Source: Antedon mediterranea (lineage: Eukaryota > Animalia > Echinodermata). From it: a stretch of 64,000 bases of DNA. The notes below the pieces were generated by a model. It did not search any database and was not told the origin of the DNA. It saw only the letters and a list, made by a program, of their open reading frames with translations. Shown here piece by piece: positions 25,780-39,445 of the stretch; within the stretch, counting starts at the first letter, position 1; the number at the start of each line of letters is the position of its first letter. The position numbers and the translations under genes were made by a program. The stretch is from positions 38,388,304 through 38,452,303 of the forward strand of contig NC_092671.1 in the NCBI RefSeq assembly GCF_964355755.1. The letters run 5' to 3'.

Positions 25780-26955
25780 TCCTCCTGATGAACGATGAGG
25801 GACACTTATTTAACTACGGTCAATGCCTATTCAGGGGAGGGTACACTCCTATTAAGGGGACACTCTTACCAAGGGGACACTGCTGATAAACGACAATGGA
25901 CACTTATTAACTACTCATGGGAGGAGACACTCCTATCAAGGAAACACTCCTGATGAACGACAAGAGACACTTATTATCTAAGGTTAACGTCTGTTCAAGG
26001 GAGGGTACACTCCTGATGAACAATGAGGGACACTTATTAAGTAAAGTCAATGCCAAATTCAGGGAAGGGTACGCTCCCATTAAGAGGACACTCTTGATGA
26101 ATGACCAGCGACGCTTATTAACTAAGGTCAATATCTACTCAGGGGAGGGTACGCTCCCATTAAGAGGACACTCTTGATGAATGACCAGCGACGCTTATTA
26201 ACTAAGGTCAATATCTACTCAGGGGAGGGTACGCTCCCATTAAGAGGACACTCTTGATGAATGACCAGGGACGCTTATTAACTAAGGTCAATATCTACTC
26301 AGGGAAGGGTACGCTCCCATTAAGAGGACACTCTTGATGAATGACCAGCGACGCTTATTAACTAAGGTCAATATCTACTCAGGGAAGGGTACGCTCCCAT
26401 TAAGAGGACACACTTGATGAATGACCAGCGACGCTTATTAACTAAGGTCAATATCTACTCAGGGAAGGGTACGCTCCCATTAAGAGGACACTCTTGATGA
26501 ATGACCAGCGACGCTTATTAACTAAGGTCAATATCTACTCAGGGGAGGGTACGCTCCCATTAAGAGGACACTCTTGATGAATGACCAGGGACGCTTATTA
26601 ACTAAGGTCAATATCTACTCAGGGAAGGGTACGCTCCCATTAAGAGGACACTCTTGATGAATGACCAGCGACGCTTATTAACTAAGGTCAATATCTACTC
26701 AGGGAAGGGTACGCTCCCATTAAGAGGACACTCTTGATGAATGACCAGGGACGCTTATTAACTAAGGTCAATATCTACTCAGGGAAGGGTACGCTCCCAT
26801 TAAGAGGACACTCTTGATGAATGACCAGCGACGCTTATTAACTAAGGTCAATATCTACTCAGGGAAGGGTACGCTCCCATTAAGAGGACACTCTTGATGA
26901 ATGACCAGCGACGCTTATTAACTAAGGTCAATATCTACTCAGGGGAGGGTACACT
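25780..26955. repeat. 80-bp tandem repeat (~11 near-perfect copies plus degenerate left flank)
   Basis: Unit CTCTTGATGAATGACCAGCGACGCTTATTAACTAAGGTCAATATCTACTCAGGGRAGGGTACGCTCCCATTAAGAGGACA with period 80. Confidence 0.97.
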
Positions 26956-29900
26956 TGTAATACTTTGTTCTTGATTACTTTGTTCCGTTCTTATAAGTGT
27001 TCTATTGTATAATAACAAAAAATTATTATTAATTTTATACATAATTCCTTCAATTCAAAGTGTAAAATTTAATATTAAATACATTATTATTATTAATATG
27101 AGTGTTAATTATTTCTTGCAAAAAATCGAACAAAACAAACTTAACAGAAAAAGTAAGAAGACCAAGAGGAAGACAAAATCAACATGGATCACAAAAAGCC
27201 AAAAAGGAAATTGAACATTAACATAGACACAACATAAACCATCCTGCCCATAACGGTGGCATAGAATAATGGAAACCGTTGCGAGACGAGAGACGGAACT
27301 GATTATGATGATGATGCATTAATATTCAGACTTTTTCTTTTAGGCCTACACCTCCTGTGTGAAACGTTTGATCCACCACTGCCTCAGTTTCCTGCCTGTT
27401 TAATGACACCTGAATCATATACAACAGGTTTCAGTTGACAGGAGGATTGGCTAGGACATCTGAGCTCCCTACAAACACAATGTACTCTTTTCCTTATATC
27501 AACCAAACAAATTTCACAATAAATCATTGGATAAATTGGATTGTATTTCTGGATAAAATGGATTGAATTTCTGGATAAATTGTCTCAAAAATATCGGATT
27601 CGAACCAACCGAGCAACTTGAGTTTTCCATTCATTATTAATGCTGATTTATACCTATCTGTCATGAGAGTAATGGTTGCACCATAATAATAAATTGCCAG
27701 ACACTGACCATTGTTGACCACTCAATCATCAAAGTTCCTGTAAACATTTTCTGAAGACAATAGAAGGAATGGTATATTCATAGGATTCAAATTGGATAGA
27801 TGTACCATTGATTTTGTGTGTAGGTCTAGAAGACAGAGCACTACCTGCAGTTAGTGGCCAGGAAGTTGTGGGACTTTTGGGAATATTAAAGAAGTTTCAG
27901 CCTTTTAAATTATGAGTCAGAAAATAAAATTAAAGGCAGATATGGCTTCGCACAAGGCCCTTTCAGCACAGGCAATAACAATGTCACTTCAGCCTGTCAA
28001 TCACATAAATTACACCAGTAATCTTGTTTTTCCTTCACTAATTTAATATCCAATTTACTGAAGATTCCTGTACTGTAGAAAACATGTTCAAGGCAACGTC
28101 CACTTTCAATGGTCAAATTACATGGTCATTTCAAGAAGTTCTTTGGAGAGTATGGTCATTTAAGGCCTAATAAAAAATGTCTCATCCTTTATCATATTTT
28201 GGGTTGGCATTTAAAAAAACAATTCTTAGTATGAAATTTATGCATAACTTTCTACAAAAACAAAAATATTACCAGAGGTGTATCGAGGGGTAGATCTTGA
28301 ACAGAAGAGCACTAGCTTATTATATTTATAGTCTGGGGAGGGGGGATGTGTGAGCCTGTCCCTGTGTACACTCTTCATCCCTTTAAAAAAATATTTCTGA
28401 AAGAAATTGACAAATTTTCCAATGTTTATTGATAGAAAAGATGATGAAAATGGGAATTATAGTTGTTACCAGATTCACAAGGAAATAACCATTGGATATC
28501 TGGTTTATATATCCTATATTTCAACAACATAAGAAACTCTGTTTCTCTTTTGTTTTGTTTTGGATTTATTTTTACTGTTTTTATTTATATTATGGTTTCA
28601 ATCATGGGAAAGAGAAACTAAAGAACATGTTCATATTCAAATCAGGATTGTAAGGTTAGTACCGTGACTTGTCGAAAGCCTCTAGGACAGTTATTATTTC
28701 TTTTTACTACGTAACAGAACAGCGGGAGTTTTGATATTTTGGTTCCAGTAATAAAACCCATCATCTGTACGAAATTGGTTATCATTTTTTAAAAACATCT
28801 TAAACCTGAATCACAGTCTACAACCTAGAGAAATTAGGTAACTTATTACCACATACAAATCAGTTTTACTGGTGTATAGTACAATTTTTAAGGATCTTGA
28901 TACAGTTTCCAAAATGTGAAGAACTGGTTTGCAAACAAATTATTTTTATCCTCTAGAATAATTACGGTTGAAGTAAAATCATCATCAATTTGTTTAATCA
29001 TGGTTGCAGTCATTTTGATTTGTTTTTCAACAATTTAAGTTTCAACTTTTTAAATTAACAGCTTCAATAATATTTAATCTATCTATTAGTATTTAATAAT
29101 TAAAGATTAAATAATAAGATATTATGTTAGATGTTAAAAGAAATTAAATAATTAAGTTTTATACAATCTTCTTCTTCTATATGAATAACAAACTTCTGTT
29201 CTTTTTCAAATGTCAAAATTAATTTTAAATATTGCCTATCATTTTGCCAGAGAATATTATGTTATATATACACGTTGGATCATTTCAGCAAGAGCTGCCT
29301 GGCACCTAAACGACAACACCACCAGCTGTCAATTGTATTTTTAATGTACTGGAAGTTATATTTTAATTAGATAATTGATCAAAGAAACTTTCAGTTTGGA
29401 GTAACTTATTCCAGATAGATTCGAGGGTGAAATAATACTAATTGCATGTTATTTGAATAGTACATCTACAATACAAATAGAAAATATGAAATACTTGGCA
29501 GTTTATAAAACCTGATTGCATTAAAAGTTCAAATGTTATAACTATAGAAAAGTGCATCTGGATTTTAGACGTCTCAACAAAGGAAGAACAGCTCACAAAG
29601 TACATGTACATATACAACAGACAGTCTCACTTTTTTTCTTTCCAAGATGGTTCCTTTATTACCAAAATAACATGTGAATTCTGAAATCAAATAATTCAAT
29701 ATTTTTCCCATCATGTACAGTCAGTCTGTATAATCTGTTTTTCAGATACATCAAAACTATTTTTATGTCCGGTTTTCTCCTTAACTTCACTATGGTAAGA
29801 ATGTCATCACAATATTTACTATCAATTTTAATGTTTCTATGACAACCATGATGATGAAAAAGACAAACTATGATGAAAAATTCTACTTCAAAAAATCAAA

Positions 29901-30252
29901 ATTTTTGGTTGCTTGTTTGTACCCATTTACAGCAATTGGTAATCAAGTTATATCCTTTCATATTTTCCTTCTGCGATATTAAAGTACTAAATTTTCAAGG
30001 GTTCAAGGAGAAAAAGCGTTTTGTATATCAGATCTCTGGGGTCGCTAGGATAACAACCTAGAGGTGGACAATCAAGGTCTTTGAGTGGGCGTCACTATTG
30101 GTCATTAAAGGGACACTCAACCTTTGTTGGGGCGTGTCTGGGGTTTTATTTGCTAAATATAACTGAAACGAACTGTGTAATGACCCTCTAATTACTTGTT
30201 TTCATGTTATGCCAGTTATAACACTGAAAGATTCTTAATCTTTAGGTCTTAC

Positions 30253-30410
30253 ACTTTGTCTACACTATCAAAGTGTATGTGACAACAAATTGTGATGTGC
30301 CCAAATATGTAGTGATATGCTCAAATATGGTAGTGATATGACATCATCATGTCCATATATGGGCACACCACATTTTTTTGTCACATAAAGTTTGATAATG
30401 TAGACAGAGC
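30253..30410. mobile_element. MITE, AGCTCTGTCTACACTATCAAAC family
   Basis: TIRs (TGTCTACACTATCAAA..TTTGATAATGTAGACAGAGC) and internal AAATATGGTAGTGATATG repeats. Confidence 0.85.
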
Positions 30411-31193
30411 CTAGGCCTACCATCACAGAGCTTAAAAACACTGGTAATTCATTTAAACATCAGGTCATCAGGCTTGGCAATTTACTGGATTGTGATTGGT
30501 TATAAGTTTATGCAGCCCCAGGGTAGTAAGAATAATTGATGTTATTCATCCATATCTTTGTGATTAGTGATGCATAGAGGTCATTGAGGTCATGGCAGGT
30601 GTAGAACACCCATGATATTATACTATGTACTCTTCCATCTTCTAAACTAATAAAAAAAATTTTAACAGAACTATAGGATACATAAAATGATTTTCAAGGA
30701 AGTGGTGAGGGCGGATTTGAGTAAAACGTAGAGAGTCATCAGGTTCTGAATGAATGATGTACTATTAAAAAAAAAGATTTCATTCCTGTGACTCATTGAT
30801 CTATAGATTTAAGGTGTGGGGTTTGGTTTCAATAATTTTTATGAAAAAAGTACAATTCCTGCATGAACTTAACCTAAAAACAATTGGAGTGCACAAAAAT
30901 TCCTTTTTTCTCCTTTTTAATTAACATTTGAAAAAAGTTGACACATTTGATTGATTAATTTCTCAATATTGCTTATTATAAGAAGTAAATTATTTGATTT
31001 GTGAACAATTTGTCATCTACTTTCTCTTGTCCCCTATGAAGCTGGCAATAATCTTTGGATAAAGCTGTTGGACATTTGGAATTTCAATTTCACTTTAATA
31101 ATAAAGATGATTTGGCATAAATTTGTGAGAGCAATCAAATATAAAGAAAATGACAAACAAATTATAAATAAATTATGTTATTTAGTGTACTTA

Positions 31194-31349
31194 AGCTCTG
31201 TCTACACTATTAAACTAGTTTGACAAAAAAAGTGTGATGTGCCTAAATATGTTAGTGATATGCTTAAATATGGTAGGGATATGACATCATCATGTCCATA
31301 TATGGGCACATTTTGTTGTCGCATAATGTTTGATAGTGTAGACAGTGCT
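31194..31349. mobile_element. MITE, AGCTCTGTCTACACTATCAAAC family
   Basis: Both TIRs present; same internal sequence as the other copies. Confidence 0.88.
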
Positions 31350-33002
31350 TTTGGTTGCGATCACCAGTACGATTTTTGATTGTGGTAACTTTACAACCAC
31401 TTTTTATAAGGTTTTCCTAGTTATGTTATTGTGAGTTTAATGTGTGGGTGTATGAATTAGCGTGTAACATTATTTTGTCAGGTTTAATGTTGTTTTTACC
31501 TACCTAATGGTAAATTTTGTTTTCAGTACAGTGGTTTTTGAGTTGTGTAGGTTGGGAAGGAAATTGTGCCCATTCTTCCTGTACGGTTCAATGAAAGTTT
31601 GTGTCTAAATTTGTCCTATATAGGCCTACCGTACCTGTATGGTTCAATGACAGTTCTGTACTATTAAACAGGGTGCATGCTAACTATGATGAAGGGTATA
31701 CACTAATTTGCATGGACTGTCACGGTTGAATGGTAATTATAAAAAACTAAAAATATACATAAAATCAGTAAATTGCATATAAAGCTTTGACTGTTATACG
31801 TTATTAAAGTTCATATAATTTAATAGATATTATATGGTCCTTGAATCTATAAGGAATGGATTGGTACGGATGTTATAGTTGAGGAAGTTTCTCCCAATAC
31901 ATGAATATCAAACATTTTTAACATGTTTCCTTATTTGTAGCTCTTTCATTTCATGATCCAAAGTTAGCATGCAAACTAAATTAATCAGCGATGTAGCCAT
32001 GAGAAATAAAGTGGTCTGGTTTTCGCAAGAAAAGGGAACAATCTCTGTTCAAGCCACTGGGTTGTCAAAGGCCTCTGTAAAAAAAAGTGGTGAAGTTGAA
32101 ACCTTACCAACCATACTGGTGGTTACGGCCCTGTAATACTATGCTGTTTGTTTGTCTGCAGCCAGGATTTGTATAGGGTTTTTTTTTTCACAAAAGGGGT
32201 AAAAATCGCCATAAGCTAGGCTAGTTAGACTTATTTATAATTATTTCTGCTTCTGGTCTTTTACATTGAAAAAGGCACTTCAGGAAAAAATGGCTTGTTT
32301 ATTCCAAAAATTATTTGATTCACAAAGACTTTGATTTACAATTTTATAGAAGCCAGGAGACTCTAAAATCACACATTTCTGTATGATTCATACAAACTTG
32401 AATTAAATACAATCATTGGCATTGAAGAAAACATTTAATGTTTGAATGTCATTTATCAACTTAGCAATTGACAAAGAGAGATTTCAAGGGCAGATAAAAT
32501 GACATCATAGACCTAAACAATATTCATTAAACTATATGTAACAGTAAGATTAGATAAGAACGTAACTCACGCCTCTAAAAAAATTCGCGAGAAGAGTGTG
32601 GGAGATAAATAGAATGTTCTTGGCAGACAATGACAATACTAATTTAATATTTTGGCAACTCTTCAAACGAGTAGGATGTCTTTAATTGTGAATGAAAGAT
32701 CAAAATACAATTTAATAAAATGTACTATAGATTTTAAACTGCTTGAATGAGTTAGCAAGCTGTTGTTAATATTTATCCAAAACTATTGCATTTTGTTGCA
32801 TAGATGAATATTTATTGTTAAATTTAGAATGTTTAAATATAACAGTCTTTTTTTTTGTTTAAATAATGTTCAATTAAATACTGATGAGTATATCAATATT
32901 TGTCATTCAAAAAGAAAAAAATGAAGAAAAACACAAAGCAGGGTATAGAGTATAGACAAATGTTATTTTCTATCCTTGAAAAGATTCATTCAGTTGGTAA
33001 TA

Positions 33003-33410
33003 CAAGTCAAGTCAAGTCAAGTATCATTTATTTATTATCATTTGTTTTAAGAAAAAAACATAGAAATTCTGTTTGCTCTGTTGGCGGAGCACAATATCCA
33101 ACGGACACAACACGAACTCAAAAACAAAAACATTACAAAAAAGTGTCTACATTATGTTTAAGGCTCTAATAGCTGCTGGAAAGAAACTATTTGTAAATCG
33201 TGCCTTATTGGCCTTAATAGAACGAAATCGCCGACCGCTGCGCATCAACTGGAACATACTAGAGGCCGGATGAAATTGATCATCTTTGATAGCCACTGCC
33301 TTTTTCAGAAGACGATCCGAAAATATGTTCTCCAAAGGCAGTTGTGCAGATACAATTATACGCGATGCGGTCTTGACTATTCTATTTAGGTCACGCTTTT
33401 CATTTTCGAA
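33003..33410 (-). mobile_element. 3' remnant of a non-LTR retrotransposon (Rex1/Babar-like)
   Basis: Minus-strand HPASSMFQLMRSGRRFRSIKANKARFTNSFFPAAIRALN resembles the Rex1 ORF C-terminus, followed by a 3' UTR, AATAAA and an (ACTTG)n tail. Confidence 0.75.
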
Positions 33411-34162
33411 TAAAAGTTATAAATTATATCTCAACGATAAATAAAAACTACTTTATTTAACTGACGTTTTGCCAACTATCAGTTGGCTTCAGGTAAATAA
33501 AATATTTTTGTTTGTTACACCTACGGTTTAGATAAATTAATGGTTATATTTTATTATTTTCTAGTACAGTCTCTTTGGTATGTATATGGTGGGTGTTCAA
33601 AGTACAGTAAAACAAAATAAAACATAAATTAACTATTTTGTTACACTAGCATTGTAGCCATTCACTTTAATGAGTGTGGGTGTACAGTATGTTCACTACT
33701 GGAGCTAATGAAACTTTTGGAAGATGCCCAAATTATATTGTTTCCAAGTAAAAACGTGCAGTTTACAAATTCTTCTGACACAAGTGTAACCTTCGACATG
33801 GATTCGTAGTAACCAATATATTCACAACAAACTTAAACAAACTATGACTACTTTACACACAAAAAGTACATGGATTTTCACGAAATAACCCCAAAACAAA
33901 TTGAAAATGACACAGAGGAATAATTTTCAGCAATCAGTTCTCAACAATTTCAAATGACTTTATATAATTATTTATTTAAAATAGGCCTATAATAATTATG
34001 TAAAGCCAATTAGCACTTAGTCATGGAGGGTCAACAACCCATTATCCCCCTTTTTTTTCAAACTCTTTCATTTCCTTGTCTTTGTATAAATATTTAACAG
34101 AAACAGACCTAAACTGTCAGCAAACAAAAACTAAAAAATAACCCTGTAAATATAGTTTAAAC

Positions 34163-34465
34163 AATTTTTTTAATTTATTCATTTATACTGGGTGACCTCT
34201 TAAATCAAAAACTGGTTTCTCAGAGGGCCCAGTTATGATCAGTGGCTGTGATGTACTAGTAATTCTCTACTCGTTTTAAAATATGTACTAGGTTTTTTAA
34301 AGTGCACATGAGCTAGATATGTACACTGGACCTACAGTTTATAGTCCTTATCTGAGAAGACTTGTTCTACCATCAGAACAATGGAGCAAGTGAGCCTCGA
34401 ACCCTTGTCGATATTATTACGTAATTACGGTTCCACTGTCTTAACCCCTCAGCCACTCACTCGCT
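34163..34465 (-). mobile_element. tRNA-derived SINE with Deu/Nin-like central domain
   Basis: Minus strand: A-box TGGCTGAGGGG, B-box GGTTCGAGGC, core TCAGATAAGGACTATAAACTGTAGGTCC..CACTTTAAAAAACC..GAGTAG similar to the DeuSINE consensus as I recall it, and an A-rich tail. Confidence 0.75.
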
Positions 34466-34881
34466 TAACTTAAACATTAACTAAACAAAAAAATTAATAT
34501 ATATTTAATGGAAGATTTGGATAAAGTAACTGGAGGCATCACCTGCCAGTGTGCCAAACTGTCAATTTGGTTAATGCGAGGGCAAGAGGAAGAGAGTCCA
34601 AACCACAATGAAGTAGGATCCAAACCACAATGTCTCAAGTGCTAAAATTCATTTTTTAATTTAATAGTTTCTCATAAACTGTCATCGTTAAAATAAATGG
34701 ATTTGTTTAAAAACTGTTGTTGTTTTCCATATTTTCTAAAAAGACTGTTGATTCAGATAGTATTTACAGTAAATATTATTTTAAATTTTCATATTGGTTT
34801 AATAGCGCTTTAAGAACAGTTGTTATTAGAAAACTTAGATTTAGATTCACATTTAGTTTTTGAATAATACAGTGAATGTTA

Positions 34882-35930
34882 CGGTGGCTGATTTCCGCCA
34901 AAGAAATAAAATTTGTATAATAATATGGGCGTTATAATTAAAGCCCCATTCCCTACGTTTTTTAGATCTAATTTAAAATCACAAACTATATTTAATGTAA
35001 AAATAATACTATATGGTCCTATTGCGATAACTTTTTTCGTCTTTAAACGGTTAAAAATGTGAAAAATAAGTCGATTCTAATAATTATAGCGGCCCGCTAT
35101 AAATCCCAAAATGCATTGCGCGCGGATTGATATTTTTGTTTTTCACCTGTAATTCGCCCACTTTTCGATCGATCGTGAGGCCAAAACAAATGGAAGACTC
35201 CTAACTTTTCAGCGAAAATACCGAGTTTTCCCCAATTTGTATCAACGGAGTCTGGCAAAAATAGAAAGACAATTAATGCAGCAACTATACAACGTCAGGC
35301 TAGGTATATAGCTCGCGTACGATGTTCGTACGTTACCGATGTTTACCAGCTAGGCCTACAAAACTAAGCCTAGCTAGGCTAGGCCTAAGACCGTCCATGA
35401 GAGGTCGATCGCCGCGAGCTACTTAGGTAGTGCATTGTTTCTCACTTTTTATCATAATTTACCATAAAACGTACATTTAAGACAAGGAATGACATGGTTT
35501 AATGTTTTTAAAGTGATATATATGTATTATTTTCCAAAAAAAGTCCAAAATTGCAGGGAAGGGGTCTTTAAGGTTTTTGTTAAGATAACGCAATCATAAT
35601 GTTACTGCGAAGATGATTTTAAACAACAAAATGTAAAATGCATTTAAATTAAATGGATTAAAGTTAATTTTTTTGTTTAAAATCATCAAAATAATATTAT
35701 TATTTTAACAAAATCCTTTAAACAAATTGATTCAATCCATTCAAAGTCGCAACTCTTTGTGGCTCTGGGTTTGTTGATGTACTACGCATGCGCATGTATG
35801 TGTGAACGGATTGTATAATCCGTATTGTTATAACGCCGTAATTACGGCCGTTATAACGCCCTGATACGGCATTATAACGCCCTTCATATTATTATAAAAT
35901 AATTTTTTTTTTGGCAGAAATCAGCCACCG
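34882..35930. mobile_element. TA-flanked MITE (Tc1/mariner-like ends) interrupted by the Kolobok-like element
   Basis: TA|CGGTGGCTGATTTCCGCCAAA..GGGCGTTATAA matches the reverse complement of TTATAACGCCC..TTGGCAGAAATCAGCCACCG|TA. Confidence 0.8.
34942..35567 (+). mobile_element. 626-bp Kolobok-like non-autonomous element (copy 2)
   Basis: Same length and ends as 17843-18468, TTAA on both sides, few substitutions. Confidence 0.87.
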
Positions 35931-36104
35931 TAGAATGTATATTTTTATCATGGTACAGTTTATTTTTCCACAAATTCAGCAGAATAAGTTGGTAAATTGG
36001 ACTAATTATTATTAAAATATTATTTTTTTTTATTGGAAGATTGAAAAAAGGGATCCCTGAATATCAGACCACTGGGCTAAACCAGAAGCATTTTCCCCTT
36101 TAAA

Positions 36105-36213
36105 GATGTGATGTGCCCATATATGAACACAATGATGTCATATCACTACTATATTTGGGCATATCACTACCATATTTGGACAAATCAAACTTTTTTTTGT
36201 CTGTAGACACATC
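36105..36213. mobile_element. Decayed MITE copy (TGTCTACAC family)
   Basis: TGTGATGTGCCCATATATG..GATGTCATATCACTAC..TGTAGACAC. Confidence 0.65.
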
Positions 36214-37863
36214 TTAAAGATGGTTAATATAAAAAATAAAATAAAACAAATAAAAAATTTTAAAAAAACATCAGAGGCAACAGTTTCATACTCAAAATAA
36301 ACGCGACGACCCTCACTATCTCACTAACAGCTTTACTCATATCCTGCTGATTTTTTGGATGATGGAGTGAGTATACTAGCCATGAAATGAACAAGATTAA
36401 TCGGGAATCCGATTAATCATGCCTAAATGCTGATCATCAAATCATGCCTGCAAACCATAAACTGTCCACCCACAGAAATAATTTAAAAATTTAGTTGTAA
36501 TCAAATATACCATTACAATTAATGATAGTTATTGCACTTTTTGTGGTATAAACGTGTTATTCATATTCAATGGGAGTAAAGTTATTATTTTGTCGTTTTT
36601 TAATGAAATTCAATGCAAATTGTAGAAAGTACAAAACAATTTAATAAACCCAAAATGTTATTTGCGTATAAAACTGTCTTTAAATTTTTCTAAAATCATC
36701 ATTTTAAAGAAATAATGACAAGACAATTATCAAAAAGGGTCAATAAAAATGGAACAATATAAGATTTATATTGATAATTCACTTTATAAAAAAAAAAGTA
36801 CAAGCGCCGTGGACTAGTTGCTACATACAACTTTCCTAAGGCTCCTGTGGCAAACAGCTGCTACTATGGATAGTTGGGTCAAACATAGCACATTATTGGA
36901 AATTCTAACATTGTGTTATTTGCATTAAAATATGTTTATGGAAAGAGTTGAACCTGCGACCTCTATGTTATAACGTGAGTACCATACAAGATAGTAAAAC
37001 ATAACTAAAGTCCTAAAGCTAACTGGAGAGTGGACTGTCTTACACTATTATGACTGGTGAAACAATGCTGTCAACATTATCAATTATGAACCTTTTGAAT
37101 AAATACAAATTTATCTATGAAATTTAAAAATGACAGAACTATTAAATGGGGAGTGACTTGTCAAGATAAAATTTAAAAATGAAAGTAAAATAAAAAAAAT
37201 AAATAAAACTTTTGTGAAGTCAAAATTCAACAACCTAAAAAATACAAAACTTCAACAGAAAGTATGATCTTTAATTTAAATTAATGTATGAATGAATGAA
37301 TATTCAGATTTATTCAGCAGTATATATATTTACATTGTCACAATATTGCATGGATCTTACAGAGACAAGTAATTGTCCATCGTAACACCATTTGAATAAA
37401 AAAAAAAATCACAAAGAAAATCATGAAATAATGTTAAATGTTTTAAAGCTCATATTTTAGGTTGTTGTTTTTCTGTTTACAATTACCTTGTTAGAAAACA
37501 TCATAAAAATTGTCTAAAATGTGAATTATGCAAACTAAAACATGTAAAGTTAATAATTTGTCAGACTGGACAACATTCATCATGCTCCCAACAAGTCTGT
37601 AAAAAAATTAAATAATTATAAATTTATAAGTTAGAGGAAATCATAAAACATGAACAAATAATGATAATTATAGCTTATGCTGTTTTTTGTATTTTATAAT
37701 TCTTTGTGAGTGACAATAATTGATTTAAATTAATCTTAATTATTTTAAAATTATCACAATTGTTTTGGATTTAATTTTTCAGTTTTGTAAGAAAACACAC
37801 CTACGATCTAATCCAATATATTTGTGTTTTCCATCATAACATAATAAACCTATGTATCAGTCA

Positions 37864-38906
37864 CAGGCCCGTAGCCAGGGGGGGTTTTTATGGTTCGGGC
37901 GAACCCCCCTTTACAGCGAACCCCCCTTAACCAACTGCGAACCCCCATCCCCGACATGCCCAATACCTCACCCTCATCTCCAAAAATCCTCCAAATACGT
38001 GCCCCACAGTACAAAAAGTTGTTTGTAAATTGAAAAATTCGTAAACTTGTTCGTGAACCTTCTTCTCTGTATGAGCGTCAACTAGTGATACGTGTCTGTA
38101 AATTTCTAAAAGCTCCAAATGAATTGCCGATTTTAACCTGAAAAATAAATGTTTGGTCCCTGCATGTAACATGATATTGACGCGTCTCATAGCGAGCTGG
38201 CGCACGAACGATTCGTACAAAGGACACCGCCAGACAACTGCGTACCTATAATTGTTTAGATCACTGGCAGTCAGGCAGCATGCATAAAGTATATAGCCTT
38301 CCGACGTACATCAGTATTTATGTGTGACTATGAAGTATAATGTATCATAGAGGATTATAGTGAATATTAATATTTTACACTATAATATCTATGGTATCAA
38401 GTACTGTAGTTCACATTATGGCATCCGATTATTTTTTTCTAGACCACCAGCCGATACGTACTAAAATGTATCAATATCACCTATTTACATATTTATATTC
38501 CTCAACAAATTGCTGTAAATAAATATTATAGATAGAGCTAGCAAATAGCATTTGCCTTCACCCAGTGTGCTTTTTTCGGGGCTGCTCCTAGATATACGTT
38601 CGCATTGAACTTGAACGCAAAACAAAATACGGAGTAAATGATCAAACAATCGGCGGTTCCGCACAGAGCACGCGCATCTAACATACGGCAACAAATAGTT
38701 ATCGTCATTTAAATTATCGACGTGTTTGAGGAGGAGGAAAAAAGTACGATCTTTTTGCTCATTGGTTAAGCATGCTGCACGAGAGTGTCTTTTCCGGCCA
38801 TCTAGGCGTGTCATTTAACAAAATTCGCTTCGCATCAGGCTGGGGGAGGTTGACCCAAATATTTAGTGTCCGAACCCCCCCTTGACAGATCCTGGCTACG
38901 GCCCTG
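37864..38906. mobile_element. 1043-bp non-autonomous DNA transposon with CAG termini and 5-bp TSD (hAT-like)
   Basis: AGTCA|CAGGCCCGTAGCCAGG...CCTGGCTACGGCCCTG|AGTCA; subterminal CGAACCCCC repeats at both ends; CpG-rich interior. Confidence 0.85.
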
Positions 38907-38914
38907 AGTCAAAT

Positions 38915-39445
38915 GTCTACACACAAGTGAATATACTCATATGTTGTAAAAGGGAGAATAACTAAGTTTGGTGAATCTAGGATTTTGAAATAGGGAGAGT
39001 ATAGAGCCTAAAAATTGTAAAATGAAGTGCTGATGACCTATATTTTTTCCAAATGTAATATGTGCTCATATTCTCCTTGGAACTACATCTACGTACAAGT
39101 GAACAAACTCATATGTTGTAATAATAAAAGGGAAAATTACATAAGTTTGGTGGATCTAGGATTTTGAAATAGGGAAGGAAAAATTGTAAAATGAAGTGCT
39201 GATGATCTATCATTTGGATTGTTTTTTTTTCCAATTCAGTTGTGGCCCACATTCTCTAAACTACATCTACACACAAGTAAACATACTATTATGTTGTAAA
39301 AGGGAGAATAAATATGTTTGGCAAATCTAGGATTTTGAAATAGGGAGAGTATAGGGCCTAAAAATTGTAAAATGAAGTGCTGATGATCTATCATTTGCAA
39401 TTTTTTTTTCCTAATTTAACAGGGGCCCACATTCTCTTTGGAACT
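38915..39445. repeat. Three diverged ~175-bp direct repeats
   Basis: Repeated ACAAGT..ATGTTGTAA..AATCTAGGATTTTGAAATAGGG..AAAATTGTAAAATGAAGTGCTGATGA. Confidence 0.85.

Noticed and set aside
37927-38814. ORFs inside the 1-kb TIR element as a transposase, or a Transib/RAG-like identity
   Set aside because: The ORFs are short with no DDE or zinc-finger motifs, and the termini are CAG rather than RSS-like CAC.
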